This document shows positions 24,581 to 38,377 of a stretch of 64,000 nt of DNA, in pieces. The notes under the pieces are model-generated. The model did no database searches and was not told where the DNA came from. It saw only the letters and a list, made by a program, of their open reading frames with translations. The DNA comes from Azolla caroliniana (lineage: Eukaryota; Plantae; Polypodiophyta), in contig JBHGNT010000001.1 in NCBI GenBank assembly GCA_043228905.1, positions 15,872,001 to 15,936,000 of the forward strand. Reading direction: 5' to 3'. The translations under genes were made by a program, and so were the position numbers. Every line of letters starts with the position of its first letter. The stretch's first letter is position 1.

Positions 24581-27500
24581 AGCCTTCGTTCTTACATTAT
24601 GGCATCTTGACGTGTGGTAGAGGTCATTATGTAATTTTTCAACTAGGATTGAAGAAGTGGGGTTTGCTAAATATCTATGCTCCGAATCATGCAAGAGATA
24701 GAACGATATTATGGAAGAATATAATGTCAAAGTTACCAACTATTAACCATTGGGCAATTGCGGGTGATTTTAATATGTTGGAGGATGTGAGTGATAGGTT
24801 AGGAGGCACATCACAAACATTGGCAGGCACAGAATTATATGAATGGGAACGTTTGATTTTTTCTTTGGATTTAGTGGATTTATGGCATGTGCCTTCTTTT
24901 GTAAGGATACAAGATTCGTTAGCTTACTCAAGGTCAAATAGAAGAGAGTCACATACCAATTTATCTAGGTTAGATAGATTCTATGCTGATAAGTTTTTAT
25001 GGGACAAAGGAGGTTCCATTGGAATCATACCTTCATTCTCTTTTTCTGACCATGCACTGCTTCGTTTAGTTATAGTATTGCAGGAACATCATAAAACTTC
25101 TAGGTTTAGAATTCCAAATCATGTGTTTCTTAGTCAAGAGTGTGCTCCTATTATACATAATATTTGGAATAAATATGACTATTCTTATGATTTTGCACTA
25201 TCAAGTGTTCAGAAGGCTCTTGGTGAAATACAACAATTTTTCCATTTTAAGTCTAAACAAATATTCTATGCGTCTTTTACTAAATAGGAAGACTTCGTAG
25301 GGGGTTAAGGTCCTTGCAACATCTGCAAGAAAAAAGACCATATTCAAGTTATATAAGTTCCCGAGTGATACAACTAGGGAATCAGATATTGGAATTAGAA
25401 AAGATTGCCGTTGATTTTCATTATCATAATATATCATCTACATGGGCAGAATCGGGAGATAAAGTCACTAAAATGTTCTTTGCAACACATAATCATTATA
25501 AGTCGAATGTTAGGATTTCTCGGTTAAAATGTCCTGATGGTTCTTATTATGAGACTTTATTGAAAGCTAGATCCTTTTCTGGGGATGATTTAGTTAAAAG
25601 GGACATCATATGGTCAAGGATTCGCAAGATGGTGTCGGTACAACTTTCAGAATGTCTTTTGCAGCCTTTAAGTTCCCAAGAGATTCTTAAAGCAGTAAAA
25701 GCTCTTGCAAAGGATGTTTGTCCTGGATTGGATGGGATGGGAGTCCAATGGTATATAAAATATTGGGATTTGATAGGTGATGGCCTTACCAAAGCTTATC
25801 AACAGATCTTAGACTTAGGAAATATGCCACAAGAATGGAATGAGGGGTTAATCTATATGATTCCTAAAATAAATGGATAGGTAGAAGAACTTAGTCATTG
25901 GAGACCAATTACTCTGTTGAATGTTATTTATAAGATATTAGCAAAAACAATAGCTAGAAGGTTACAACCTTATCTCCCGGAGCTAATTCATGATTCCCAA
26001 ACCGGTTTTATGAAAGAGCTAAGTATTTTTGACAATATTATTCTTTTTTGGGAAATGGTGGCAATTGTTGAATTACGTAAGCAAGATCTAGCAGTGTTAT
26101 TTCTTGATTTTGAAAAAGCTTATGATAGAGTAGATTGGGATTTTATGGAGGGAACACTACTTAGGATGGGTTTTCCCACCACCTGGATACAAGGAGTGAC
26201 AACATTATATCGTCATGCACATAGTTCTCTTTTATTTGCGGGGGATATTGGTAGGCAGTTTTCTATTTCAAGATCCGTGCGACAGGGATGTCCACTTGCT
26301 CCTTTTCTGTTTCTACTAGTATCTGAAGCGTTTTCCATACATCTAAATTCTCAAGATGTAAATATTAAAGGTTTAGCACTATCTGTGGAAAATGCTGGCG
26401 TGGATAGTGAGTTTGTTGATGATACAACTCTATACGTTGTTGCCTCACAAGTTAATTTGTTACAGGTACAAAAAGTTGTGGATGATTTCTCACATGCATC
26501 CGGAGCATTGATAAATTGGGATAAATCATCAGGTTTTTGGATTGCTTCGGGAGATCCGCCAGTTAATATACCTACCTCAGGTTTTACATGGATACCACAT
26601 GGTCAATCCATTAGATATTTAGGTTGTAGAGTGGGTTTGGGTTTAAATGCAGAGGATATGATTGCACCATTATTGTTAAGATTAAGGAACAAGTTAATAT
26701 ATTGGAACAAGGAGAAGCTATCCTTAGCAGGGCGTGTAGTTGTAGCTAACTCAGTGCTTTTGTCTTCGATTTGGTATATAACATCTACCTGGCTATTTTC
26801 TAGGTCAATAATGCTTAAAGTTCAACGCCTTATACGTAATTTCATTTGGGGGAACACTATTGCAGACAATTCTGTAGCAAAGGTAGCTTGGTCGGTTCTA
26901 ACACAATCTAAATAGAAAGGAGGTCTAGGTTTGATTGACCCTTTTATGCAAAGTAAAGCCTTAATTGCTAAACATGTCGTTAGGAGTTTATTGCCAGGTG
27001 ATGAGTTATGGAAAAAGCTATGGATTCAGCACTTGCATAAGGTTAAGCCCTCAGTAAGAGGGCAATGGCATGATAGTCTTAGGTGGTTTTTTAATTCAGA
27101 TTTTCCATTACCTAAGTCCAATGTTGGATCATTACGTTTCTTTAGTGGAATTTTTCGGGCATGGGAAACTCTGCGGCAAGCGCTTGTTTTCTTGCCACCG
27201 AGAAATTATCATCAATTCATGCGTCAACCTTTGATCTGGAATCCTTTATTTACGGATGAAGCTGCATGTGTTTTGGGTCTACGACCAAGGTTATCTTGGG
27301 TGGCAATGGACAGTGGGCCAGCCCGTACAGTTGCGGATTGGATAAAGCTTCTACAAACTTTAGCACACGACCAAAAGAGTATGTTGTCTAATTTAAGAGG
27401 TGCACGGATAATGTTCTCTCAATTGTCCATGGTGTATCAGGTCACACTACCAACTTTGTAGTTTGATTATGTTCAAAGTTGGTATGGTATGTTTTCGACA

Positions 27501-30500
27501 TTTAATATACTAATAGGAGCTCGTTTATATCATCATAATGCCAATTTTTATTGTTACGAAGTTTTGGACAATGGTAGATTGATATTAGTGGCGGAGGAGT
27601 CTTCAATTATGTCCAATGCAAAGCAATTGCCAGTGAGAGTAATTGCTAGATTAGATAAAAAAATATTTTCCGATCCTAGTCCGTTAATTGCTAACTATGC
27701 ATCTCATATTTGGGTTTTACACTCTAGGACACTTGTCGATCTGTAGTGGGACCCATCAGATTATGGTTGGAAAGTGTCCATGTCTGACCCAACGAATAAG
27801 ATCCTACCATTCTTCTCATATTCGGTGGCATTGGGTAGAAACTTTATGTTGAATCAGACCGAGTCTATCCCAGCGGGAAAAAAGTATTGGGAGGAAGGTA
27901 ATGTCTCCTCCTCTCATATGAGGATGTTTTGGAAAAGGTTTTGGGTAACTAAATGTATGAATAAGATATTGCATTTCCGTTGGTTGATGATTCACTATGT
28001 ATTGCCAGTAGGTGAACTATTGAGGGGTCCTGTGAGTGATCGGTCATGTGTTATGTGTGGGTTTGCATCTGAGTCATTGCATCATGTATTTTGGGAGTGT
28101 GTGTTCGCTAAAAGGTTTTGGTTTCAAATTCTTAGACTTTTAGGTCGTAAGTATACCTCTGTTATCTTCACATGAGGTGCAGTCTTTTGGGGAATGTTGG
28201 ATCAACAAACGGCCTTTTATCATCATCTGCATTCTTCTTTGTCTGTACATGTGAGAAGTTTTCAAGTATTCCAAGTATATGCTACCTCAAGTTCCTTGTA
28301 GGGAATCAAGTTCTTTTTGCGGAGTTATGTGTGGCAAATTGTTTCCTCTTTGGGTTTATGGGTTCTTTGGAAAGCTAGGTGTTCCAAGCTATACAAGGAT
28401 GAAAATACTCATGTTGTAGAACAAGTTAAGTCTTTTTAGGACTTATTGGTTCATACGGTTAAAGGTGATTATGACAGTTGTAAGGGATTAGGAAACACAA
28501 CTAGTCAAAAAAGAAGGAGAATTAGAAGAGTTTGGTCATCTATTCCTATCATGTTGGATGTAGAGACTAATGTTAAGTGGAATTACATACCGCCTCGTTG
28601 GTTGTTCTAGCCACCAACACCGTCCTTAGAGCATACAACATGACTCAACATGGAAGAGGTGATTGGGGTGCATAGTAAGAGTTTTTTCATAAAAGATTTT
28701 TTTCTCGGTAATCTCCAATATGTTTGGTGCAGATAGTGAAGCAAATGCTTTGCCTTACATAGGGATGATGATCTTCATCCCTTAGATAGGATGAATGATA
28801 AGGTTGTTTCATAAGGACAACAGTGTATGCATTCATTTTTGTTTATGTAGGTTTAAGCTATTGGGGATACTCGATAACAGTGAGTTGATTGATGGGGAAC
28901 TTCTTGGACATTGGCAAGATGTTAATACGCGAGATGGCTGATGTGGACTGAATGAAGAAATTTTGCTTGCGATAAGGATGAGTGAAGATGATGGGGGTGT
29001 TGTGGCCGACTATCATGAATGGGTGAGGTTTTTTCATGGACATTAGCATGAGACTAATCAGCCAGATGGTTGATGTGGACTGAACGAAGAAAATTTTTCT
29101 GTGATAAGGATGAGTGAAGATGGTGGGGAGGTCGAAGCCGACCAGCACGACTGGGTCAGGAAACGTTTAGACTAATTTTTTGTTGATTAATACAGGATAT
29201 GCGTGGACACTGGCACCATGTTAATCAGTGAGATGGCTGATGTCGACTGAACGAAGAAATTTTTCTGGGTTAAGGATGAGTGAAGATGGTGGGGAGGGTC
29301 GAAGCCAATTATCAGGAGTGGGTGAGGAAACGTTTAGACTAATTTTTGTTGATTAATACAGGATATGCGTGGACATTGGAACCATGTTAATCGGTGAGAT
29401 GGCTGATGTCGACTAAATGAAGAAATATTTGTTGTGTTAAGGATGAGTGAAGATGGTGGGGAGGGTTGAAGCCAATTATCAGGAGTGGGTGAGGAACCGT
29501 TTGGAATGATTTTGTTCTTAACACATGATTACCAACAAGATATAATCCCAATTCAAAACCAGGTTCAATCTTGCATTGGAAAAAGGCAAAGAAAGGTATA
29601 TAAAGACTGAGAAGATGGGCAGGTTGAAGAGAAACCAGTTTTTTTGGCAATGTTTAAGCCGATGTTTACAGGTCCAAGAGTTTGGACAGGTTATGAATCT
29701 TGCATTGGAAAAAGGCAGAGAAAGATATATAAATACTGAGAAGATCGGTAGGCTGAAGAGAAACCAGGTTTTTTGGCAATGTTTAAGCCGATGTTTACAG
29801 AGCTAGAAGAAGACTACGACCAAGAAGCAGCAGATTACCTCAGCAGCTTGATTGGAGAGAGGGGATTTTTACTACCAAACTGGTACAAAAAGGACATATC
29901 ACATGGGAAAGTTAAAGGCCAAGGAACGGGCACAAAACTGAGTGTTATTCTGTATGACATTGAGCCATTTTAATCTATCTTATTCTGTATGAGATTGAGC
30001 CAGTTTCTGTAGGAGATTGAAGAAAAGAAGATGGGATGCCAAAGAGAAACTAGTTGAGTCTGTGATGAATACCCAATTGTTTTCAAGGGAAAGAAGGAGG
30101 TGGCGGTATTATGGGCTTTCATTATGGGTTTTGCTGTGTTTTATGGCTGTTTGATTTGTTCTATGGCTGCCTCATCGAGATGTCTCCAAAACATCGTACA
30201 TTTTCAGTATATCATCCCATGGAATATAAATCAATGGTAGTGGCAAAGAAGTTAAATGGCAGAGAATGGTTCTGGTTGGACAATGCCCCACATATTCAAG
30301 CAAAGGCGAATGGAAAAGAGGTGATAAAGAGGCTTATTCGTGCTAAAGTGGAGGCCTTCTCAAGGTTTATATGTGGTCTTATAGCTCGACGTAGTAATGG
30401 AATTTTTTCAAGGTTTATATGTGCTCTGCTAGCAAAGGTGTTATTGGCAACAATGTAGTTTTTTTGATAATATGTATTTGTGCAGAGGAAACAGTATTAT

Positions 30501-30565
30501 GTACTATTTGTATATTGCCTTTGGCTTTTTATTAATACTAATGGAGGATATTTTTATGGAAAAAA
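24581..30565 (+). mobile_element. 5'-truncated L1/Tx1-like LINE (disrupted ORF2) with long 3' region, poly(A) and 17-bp TSD
   Basis: Endonuclease (NIYAPN, AGDFN, SRLDRFY, SDH), RT (PGLDG, WRPITLLN, LDFEKAYDRV, RQGCPLAP, FVDD), zf-RVT (CVMC..ESLHHVFWEC); several stops and frameshifts. TSD aaacaaagtttgatgtg at 24564-24580 and 30566-30582. Confidence 0.93.
28900..29800 (+). repeat. Tandem repeats in the LINE 3' region: 4 units of about 120-165 bp, then 2 units of about 130 bp
   Basis: gagatggctgatgt.gactgaa.gaagaaa...aggatgagtgaagatggtgggg x4; aatcttgcattggaaaaaggca...tttggcaatgtttaagccgatgtttacag x2. Confidence 0.85.
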
Positions 30566-33500
30566 AAACAAAGTTTGATGTGTGCATTATGTTTAAAAAA
30601 GAGGCAAAGTGTGAATTTAGTTAGAAAAAGAGGATATGTGGATACATGCATGTACTTATCATTTAGCACGACACAATATCGAGAATTTGTTTCTATAAGA
30701 GATTCGTTGGCATGCGTAGAGAAAGTATATTAATATATTATTCTTACCAAAACATGATACAATTTTTCTTTGGTAGTGAGCAAATGACAAAGTCGTGCTT
30801 TGAAGCTATTTATGAAGACGTAGTTTTAGGTTTGTAAATAATGACGTGACAAGAGTCCTTTAGATGAGCCTATGCAACAAATCAAAACATGTTCTCTTAA
30901 ATCTTGTTAGATATCACATGTCTTCTTAACATTAAATTAGTCAAGGATGATTGTGATTTTATCGTTTTCAATATTAAACCACACCATCCACTTTATGTAC
31001 ACCTTTTGACTTTATGGAGCAATTAATTGAATGTGCAATATATCCAAAGTAATACACCACCACTAGAGGTCAATGTTAAGACTCAAGAGTAGCACATGGA
31101 ACTCAAATGAACCCTTTTGGAGCAATGGTATTGTTCCCTCACGAATTGAAATGATCATTATATATAGTTATAAGCTATGCAACTATTAAGTTCATTTCCA
31201 TTCTATAGGGTTAATATCGAGGGTCATAAACTCATTATAACAATTGTTTCAATGTCACACTTTGAGCCACCAAAAATGGAGATGACATCAAAGAGAAAGT
31301 CAAAGTTTAAAGGCAAGTCGGAGTTCTAGTTTGGGTCTAGTGCTATTCCTAGTCAAAAGATGAGGTTCAACTCCATGTCAAAGTCCAGGAAACTAGTCTT
31401 TAAAGACATGTCACAATCACTTGCTTTCACAAACATCACGATGTATGACGAGACTTGTAGTCAGTATGAAGACATGTATGTGTTAAAACTTTTTTACCTC
31501 CTCCATCAGTTAGGCTTTGAATTTGTTTTATGTATCTATTGATGTTGAAGCCAAAGGTAGTGGAGTAGGATTTGAAAAGTAATGTGGATGGATGGATAGA
31601 AATAAAATAAAAGAAAAAAGATCAACAAATGGAAAAAAATATTTATTGAGTTCATTTCCTCTGTAAACCAACCGATACAAATAGAAATTCCTTTGTTTAT
31701 CTGAGGTCTTTTTTCTACTTTTTATATTTAAATTAAAAGAAAAAAGAAAACCAAAATGATCCCGAGGAAGATTTTGATTTTGTGTGCTATTCATTCAAGA
31801 AACAACACACACAAACACACGTGTGAGATTTATTTGTGTTTAAAACATAGTAAAGAATTAAAATAAACTACAAAAATTACCTCACAAGTCATCATCAACT
31901 TTATCAGAAAACTCGAATATGTACATATACATATAGACATAGACATAGATACATACGCCTACGCATACGCATACGAGCATTATATTCATGTGGTCGAGTC
32001 ATAGTAAAAAACAAAAAGCCTTGATTAAAGTCATCTTAGAGTGCAATTAGTAATTTCACCCTGTGTAGTTAGCATTCCCTATCATCATTGATTATCCAGT
32101 TAACTTTTTTTAGTTTGTTAAGGTATAACTATGCGCTTAACATTTTATGTGATTGAGAACTTGACGGATGATGCATTTATGTATGTAATTTTGAAAAAAT
32201 CCCCATTCATACTTTTTTACTTATACATCTAAGCATGATTTGGTCATTTTCTAATGTCAATGTTGATGGCATGTATGGGCATAGGGCACTTACAGTGCAA
32301 GATCTAAATTCTCATTCAATAGAACAACGACCATACAAATTACCATACTTTCAAAATCTCATTTAATAGAAAATAAAGTTTGTACCAAACCAAACTCGTT
32401 ATTCTAATGGGCTTATTGATATGTTTGACCCAACACCAAGGGGGAATAATATTGTTATGCTTGAACCTACTAAGGGTGTAGTTGATATTAACTACGGGAA
32501 TACACTTGGCTATAGACATTACCAATTATTGGCCAAGGGTTATGCTTGACATTTCTAAACATGGGAACACTATGAAATCTATGCAAAGGGTATTTTCAAT
32601 AATGTAATACATGACGATAGGGACATGCTATAATGCGAGCTCAATCACGATCAACTTTAAAACACATAATTTAACAAAATTTAGTAGTGGAAGACATCAT
32701 ATTCACAAGAAATGCTAGAAGCATTCTTCATGAGCCAAGGGTAATATTTATAATTTTGAAAACAAGACTATAGTTGATATTATGCCGCCAACATGGATCA
32801 AATGCTACATGCATTACCAAATTTGCATTCGAAGGACAAGACTGATATTTTCAAACACATGAATATTATAAATGTTGATATTAACCTTTATACAAGGAGG
32901 GGTATTTTGGATATTATTCCCATGCCTATATGTGCACACACTCAATATATATATCTAGATAAGACACGTCAATTTTATGTATTAGTTCTATTGTATATAG
33001 AACAATATAGTAAATATATTTGCAAATCGTATAAACAATATATATCGTAAATATATATTAATAGCTATATTATGCTATTTTATCTAACAATATATTTAGG
33101 TGTTTCTTTGTGTATAATGGAACCTTGAAGAAAGTATCCATGTCTATATATGGAAATTTTGAAAAGAGCACGTACCAAGGTCTCACTAAATGTACCAAAT
33201 TCCATATACAATAGTATACTAACAAAATCATAGAGTTTCACATTCAACGTTCGTAAGAACAAGGGCCATGGTTTTTGATGCAACAACCATGATCATCACT
33301 TGACAATCTTTAGGGATGTTTATTTGACGTCTCGTCCAATGGGAGCTTTGCTCGACTTGAAGCCTTGCACACTCATAACTCATGTGGAGCTCTCTTCCCC
33401 TCATCTTCATATCTTCTATTCATGATGCACTCAGATAATGATTATTTGTAGACAATGTAGGTAGCTTCGAAACATCACATGTCCTACAAATCAAACCCTA

Positions 33501-33939
33501 TCATATGCATAGTCCCTTATCATTATCATACACACTCTAAGTATTTAAGACGTTTGAAAACCATCAATATTGTGCATATATTTATATAAGCCCCATGCAA
33601 GACATAATCAATGAAGACAATAGATGATACAAGATTATTATTTACATCACACATATATAAAGGGGCATAAGGAGTTGGGAAATCAGTTTCATGATATGAT
33701 ATAGGCATCTATATACACATATCTATATAAGAAGTCATTACATGCACCTTTAAATATTAACAATCTTTAGGATATTTTAAAAGATACACGAAAGATCATA
33801 TACATAGTTGTAGAGAAACATGATAAAATAGTTCTTATTTCTAATTTTAAGATTGTTTAGGCATTCAAACATTTGACAACAAGGTTCTAGTCAAAATCAT
33901 TAAATGGAAATGATAGGGAATGTTTACAAAACAAACACG

Positions 33940-34270
33940 CTATGGAGGAACACATCTATGGTGACGCAACGAGGAAACGACCCGAGGTGGAACTACTAGC
34001 CCTTGTGCTAGCTGTTTCCTACTCACCTTCCACCCTCCCTCCGTTGAGGGCCAGAGGATTGGGCTCGTGCTGGCCATCGATGATTGTCACTATTTTATAG
34101 CTCTACATACCTACTTACATTAAGTAGAAAGTAAGAGATGATATCTACGTAGTTTCATATTCTTGAACTTGGCCGGGTGGTGATTCCCCGACTTATATAC
34201 TTGTATAGTCTTTTTGTAAAAATCTCTCCTAACTAATGGGAAAGGAGCTCCTTTTTTGGAAAAAATAAAC
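33940..34270 (+). mobile_element. Short retroposed insertion (LINE 3' end or SINE) with A-rich tail and 11-bp TSD
   Basis: TSD aaacaaacacg at 33929-33939 and 34271-34281; tail ttttttggaaaaaataaac; GC-richer than flanks. Confidence 0.65.
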
Positions 34271-35501
34271 AAACAAACACGTTATCTATGTATGTCAAGG
34301 ATTTTAGAATAACAATGAAACTAAATGAGCTATGGTGATACACACACAACTCTTTACTTAAAAATATTGGTAGCATCCATTAACCAAGAACCATCCCAAG
34401 CAAGAATTAGTGCATATTATTAGATATATTTGCTAACATCCTAGATGAAACAAAGATATAATACATTTCAAATAGTTTACGAATGCAAAGAAGCTATCAT
34501 ATATACCTCGTACATTTATGCACATTCGAGATATGAGAGAAGGTTTACTAGCTAAAAAGAATCACTTTCCAATTTTTGCCATAACATATTGCCCACTTAT
34601 ATAAATCCAATGAAAGTTTGTACTCTACCTAGTGTTTGGTGAAATATACATAACACAACACAACACAAACTACCAACATTATTTTATGTCTAATAGGGAA
34701 GCATAAATATGTGTTGACGATTTTCTTACAAATAATGAACGAGATGAGTATTCCACAAATCAAGAGTGGCACAATTAGCTGCAAGCATTGGAGTTTAGAA
34801 AGAACTATCATTTAAGCCTTCATTTAATAGAAAATAGTATGCATCAACAAAAGGTATTCCATCAATCACCTGGGATCACTCTTTTGACTCTTATACACAA
34901 AATCAAACAAAGAACAAAACTATGGAATATAAAGTGGGGAATGCCAAATACAAATGTTTTACCCAATGTGTATATTTATATAAATAACAATTAAACCATG
35001 AAGCATCTTATTGTTTTATGTGGTAGGAACTTGCACAAACTCTTTTCACTAAACTTTACCATTATGAAACATAAGAATATCATAACAATGCAATTTTGCA
35101 TTTTTAAGAACATGAAATACTTAAAAGTCAAGCAAGAAAAGGGAATGGGTGGGGAATTCAATATTCCCCCTTCTTTTCTCTATATAACACAATTTTAACA
35201 AGCTGACATACGACCAATTTAACGTCATGCACGAATGTGTATTATCTGTCATGGACGAGTAGAATAGAGTAGAACCAAGATGAGACTAAGTATTAAGAGA
35301 GAAAAAGAACAAGAACTCAACTTATGATTCCATAAGTGGTGTTGTTCACCTTGATTAGAATCAAGGTGCACCTAAGTATTTATATAAGAAGGTAGAGAGG
35401 TATGCATGCAAGCTAGGAATAGAGAATGCATGCAAGCTAGGAAACTTCCAATGTTCAATGTACAATACATCAAGTTGGATTCTACATATAAAAATGTATA
35501 G

Positions 35502-35573
35502 ATGGATGTAGCTTAGTTGGTAGGGTTGCCCAATGGAGACCAAGAGGTCATAGGTTCAACCCCTACCTTCCAC
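35502..35573 (+). mobile_element. tRNA-derived (SINE-like) Pol III head; not a functional tRNA
   Basis: A-box TAGCTTAGTTGG and B-box GGTTCAACCCC with tRNA-like spacing; degenerate acceptor and anticodon stems. Confidence 0.55.
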
Positions 35574-35755
35574 TGTGACGTGGCATCTAGGTGACTTCTG
35601 TAAAGAATCAGATATGGTTCTGTGCAGCGGAAGGTGTCTGTGTGTGTGAGAGAGAAAACACAGAGTTATATAGAAAACTAGATAACTTGGTATTACCAAG
35701 AGATTAAAAATTCAACAGTTACAAAGGAAAGGAGAAAAGGTGCTTACGTAGTCAC

Positions 35756-38377
35756 CTGGCTGAGGCACTGATGACAACGACCTATGTGATAAACATATCA
35801 CCCTCAATGCCCTTGGACGGAGACACACCACAAAGAGTATGGACCGGTAAAGATGTGTCTTACCGGCAGTCGAACACCTGTAGCAAAGGACAAGAGAGCG
35901 AAATTGGATCCGAAGTCCCAACCATGCATATTCCTTGGATACAACGATGATGAGTTTGGCTATCAAGTGTGGGACTTGGTCGACAAGCAGTTGTTCCGGA
36001 GTCGAGACATAGTCTTCATGGAAGACAAGACAATTGCCGACTGGGAGTCGTAGAAGAAGATAGCTTCGACCGGATCAACCGATATATAAGTTGGAAGATA
36101 CAAAGACCCATTCGGCTAGAAGCCGGATGACACTCGAAGAACTGGCCCATTCCGGAAAAGGAACCAAATCGACCGAAGAAGATCTGGACACCGAAACCGG
36201 ACAAGATCCTGAACCGGTGTCAGAGAACCAACGAAGAAGATACCCTCTAAGAGAGAGAAGGCCCCCCCCTCGGAGATTTCTGGATGCAGAGCATGTTTTA
36301 TTGACCGACGAGAGGGAGCCAGAAAGCTTCGAAGAAGCAAAGAAAGACACCCACAACCGCAAGTGGTTAAAGGCCATGCAAGATGAGATGGATTCGTTGC
36401 ATTGGAACCACACATATGAATTGACAGAGCTGTCGAAAGGAAAGAGAGCACTTCGGAACAAGTGGGTGTACAAGCTGAAACCGGGAGACGCCGGAAATCC
36501 ACTAAGATACAAAGCCTGCATTGTGGTGAAGGGCTTCCAATAGAAGAAAGGAGTGGATTTTGATGAGATATTCACCCTGGTAGGTAAGATGATATCCATG
36601 CGGACGGTGTTGAGCATAGCGGCAAGCATGGACCTCAAGGTAGAGCAACTAGACGTCAAGACGACGTTCCTACATGGCAACCTCGAAGAAGAGATCTACA
36701 TGCAATAGCCGGAAGGATTCGTCAAGAAAGGGAAGGAGAACCTGGTGTGTCGGTTGAAGAAGAGCTTATATGACTGAAGCAAGCCCCCCGACAATGGTAC
36801 TGGAAGTCCGACTCTTTCATGAACGATCAAGGATACCACAAGACGCAGGACGACCACTGCGTATTCGTGAAGAAGTTTGACAGAGGAGACTTCCTGATAC
36901 TACTGTTGTACGTGGAAGACATGTTGATCGTCGGACGAGACCGTATCAAAATCGGAATGCTGAAGAAGGCCTTGAGCCGGTCATTTGTAATGAAAGATAT
37001 GGGTCCTGTGAGACAAATTTTGGGGATGCACATAATCCAAGACCGGTCAAAGAAATAGTTGTGGCTGTCACAGGAAAAGTACATGACAAAGGTGCTTCAA
37101 AGGCTCAACATGTCGGATGCTAAGCCGGTCAGGTCGACACTTCCGGCATATTGCAAACTGCCCGGAAAGCAGAGCCCGAAGACAAAGGTAGAGAAGTCGA
37201 AAATGATGAAGATACCATATGCCTCTATAGTCGGAAGCCTCATGTACGCAATGGTGTGTACACGATCGGATGTTGGATATGCAGTCGGAGTGGTCAGCCG
37301 GTTCATGAGCAATCCGGGAAGAGAACATTGGGCCGTTGTCAAGTGGATGCTCAGGTACCTAAAAGGCACCTCGAGCATGTGCCTTCGATTCGGCTTTGGT
37401 AAACCCCTATTGGAAGGCTTCATCGATTCGAACATGTTGGCTGATGCAGATACTAGCTGGTCTACATCCGGATACATCATGACATATGCAGGGGGAACCG
37501 TATCGTGGTAGTCGAGGCTGCAGAAGTCCGTTGCACTGTCGACAACGGAAGCGGAGTACATGGCAGCTGTGGAAGTCGACAAGGAAGTAATCTGGATGAA
37601 GAACTTCATCGAAGAGCTAGGAATCTAGCGGGAGGAATACCAACTCTATTGCGATAGTCAAAGTGCCATCCACCTTGCAAAGAACGCGGCCAACCACTGT
37701 CGGACTAAGCGTATCCAGAGGAGATATCACTAGCTTCGGGAGAAGGTAAAAGATAAAGAATTTTCACTGATGAAGATCCATACGGAGGAGAACGGGTCGT
37801 ATATGCTGACCAAGGTGCTACAGATCAGATTGACGAAGACCCCATACCGGAGTGAAGGGGGAGATTGCTGAGATATCGGTCCCTTCGGATGGGGATCGGA
37901 TATCCGAAAACCGGATCGGGATGGGGTCTAGTTGGATCTGGTATGAACCCTGAAGAGTTACAGATTTGTAAATATGTTTCTTATGGGCTGTTGAGGCCAC
38001 ATTTGTAAATAGCCCATAAGTTATATAAGTATAAAATATAACTTAGGGAAAATATGACAGTGTGTTGGTGATCATTCTTTGTGTAAGAGTTTGAGTTGTA
38101 TAGAGAGACAGAGAGTGAGAGAGAGAGAAACCGAAAGTATTTTCTGTTGTAACCGCCGATAGGCGAAGATAGAGTTCGAGGTCATTGCCTCTGAGTCTCC
38201 AACTGTACCCTTCCTCTCTCGTGATAGTTGGAGTCTGTGGGCTCTCGTGGTTTTTCCCGATCAGGGTTTCCACGTTAATATCCCGTGTCGCCTTGTTCTG
38301 ATTGTGTAAGTGCATTATATCTATTGTTTTATTTTCCATTTATTCCATTGAGTGATTGAGACTCGGTTGTGGCCGAG
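35756..38377 (+). mobile_element. Degenerate copia family A copy (integrase end, RT, RNase H, PPT, truncated 3' LTR 37867-38377)
   Basis: Close paralog of about 1760-4517 (KLDPKSQPCIFLGY, RRYPLRERR, KWVYKLKPGDAGNP, YAMVCTRSD); many stops and frameshifts; PPT gaagggggag near 37854-37863. Confidence 0.92.

Noticed and set aside
30600-33900. Scattered 60-90 aa ORFs
   Set aside because: Length and composition are consistent with random ORFs in AT-rich intergenic DNA.
35502-35573. Functional tRNA gene
   Set aside because: Acceptor and anticodon stems do not pair properly; reported only as a tRNA-derived head.
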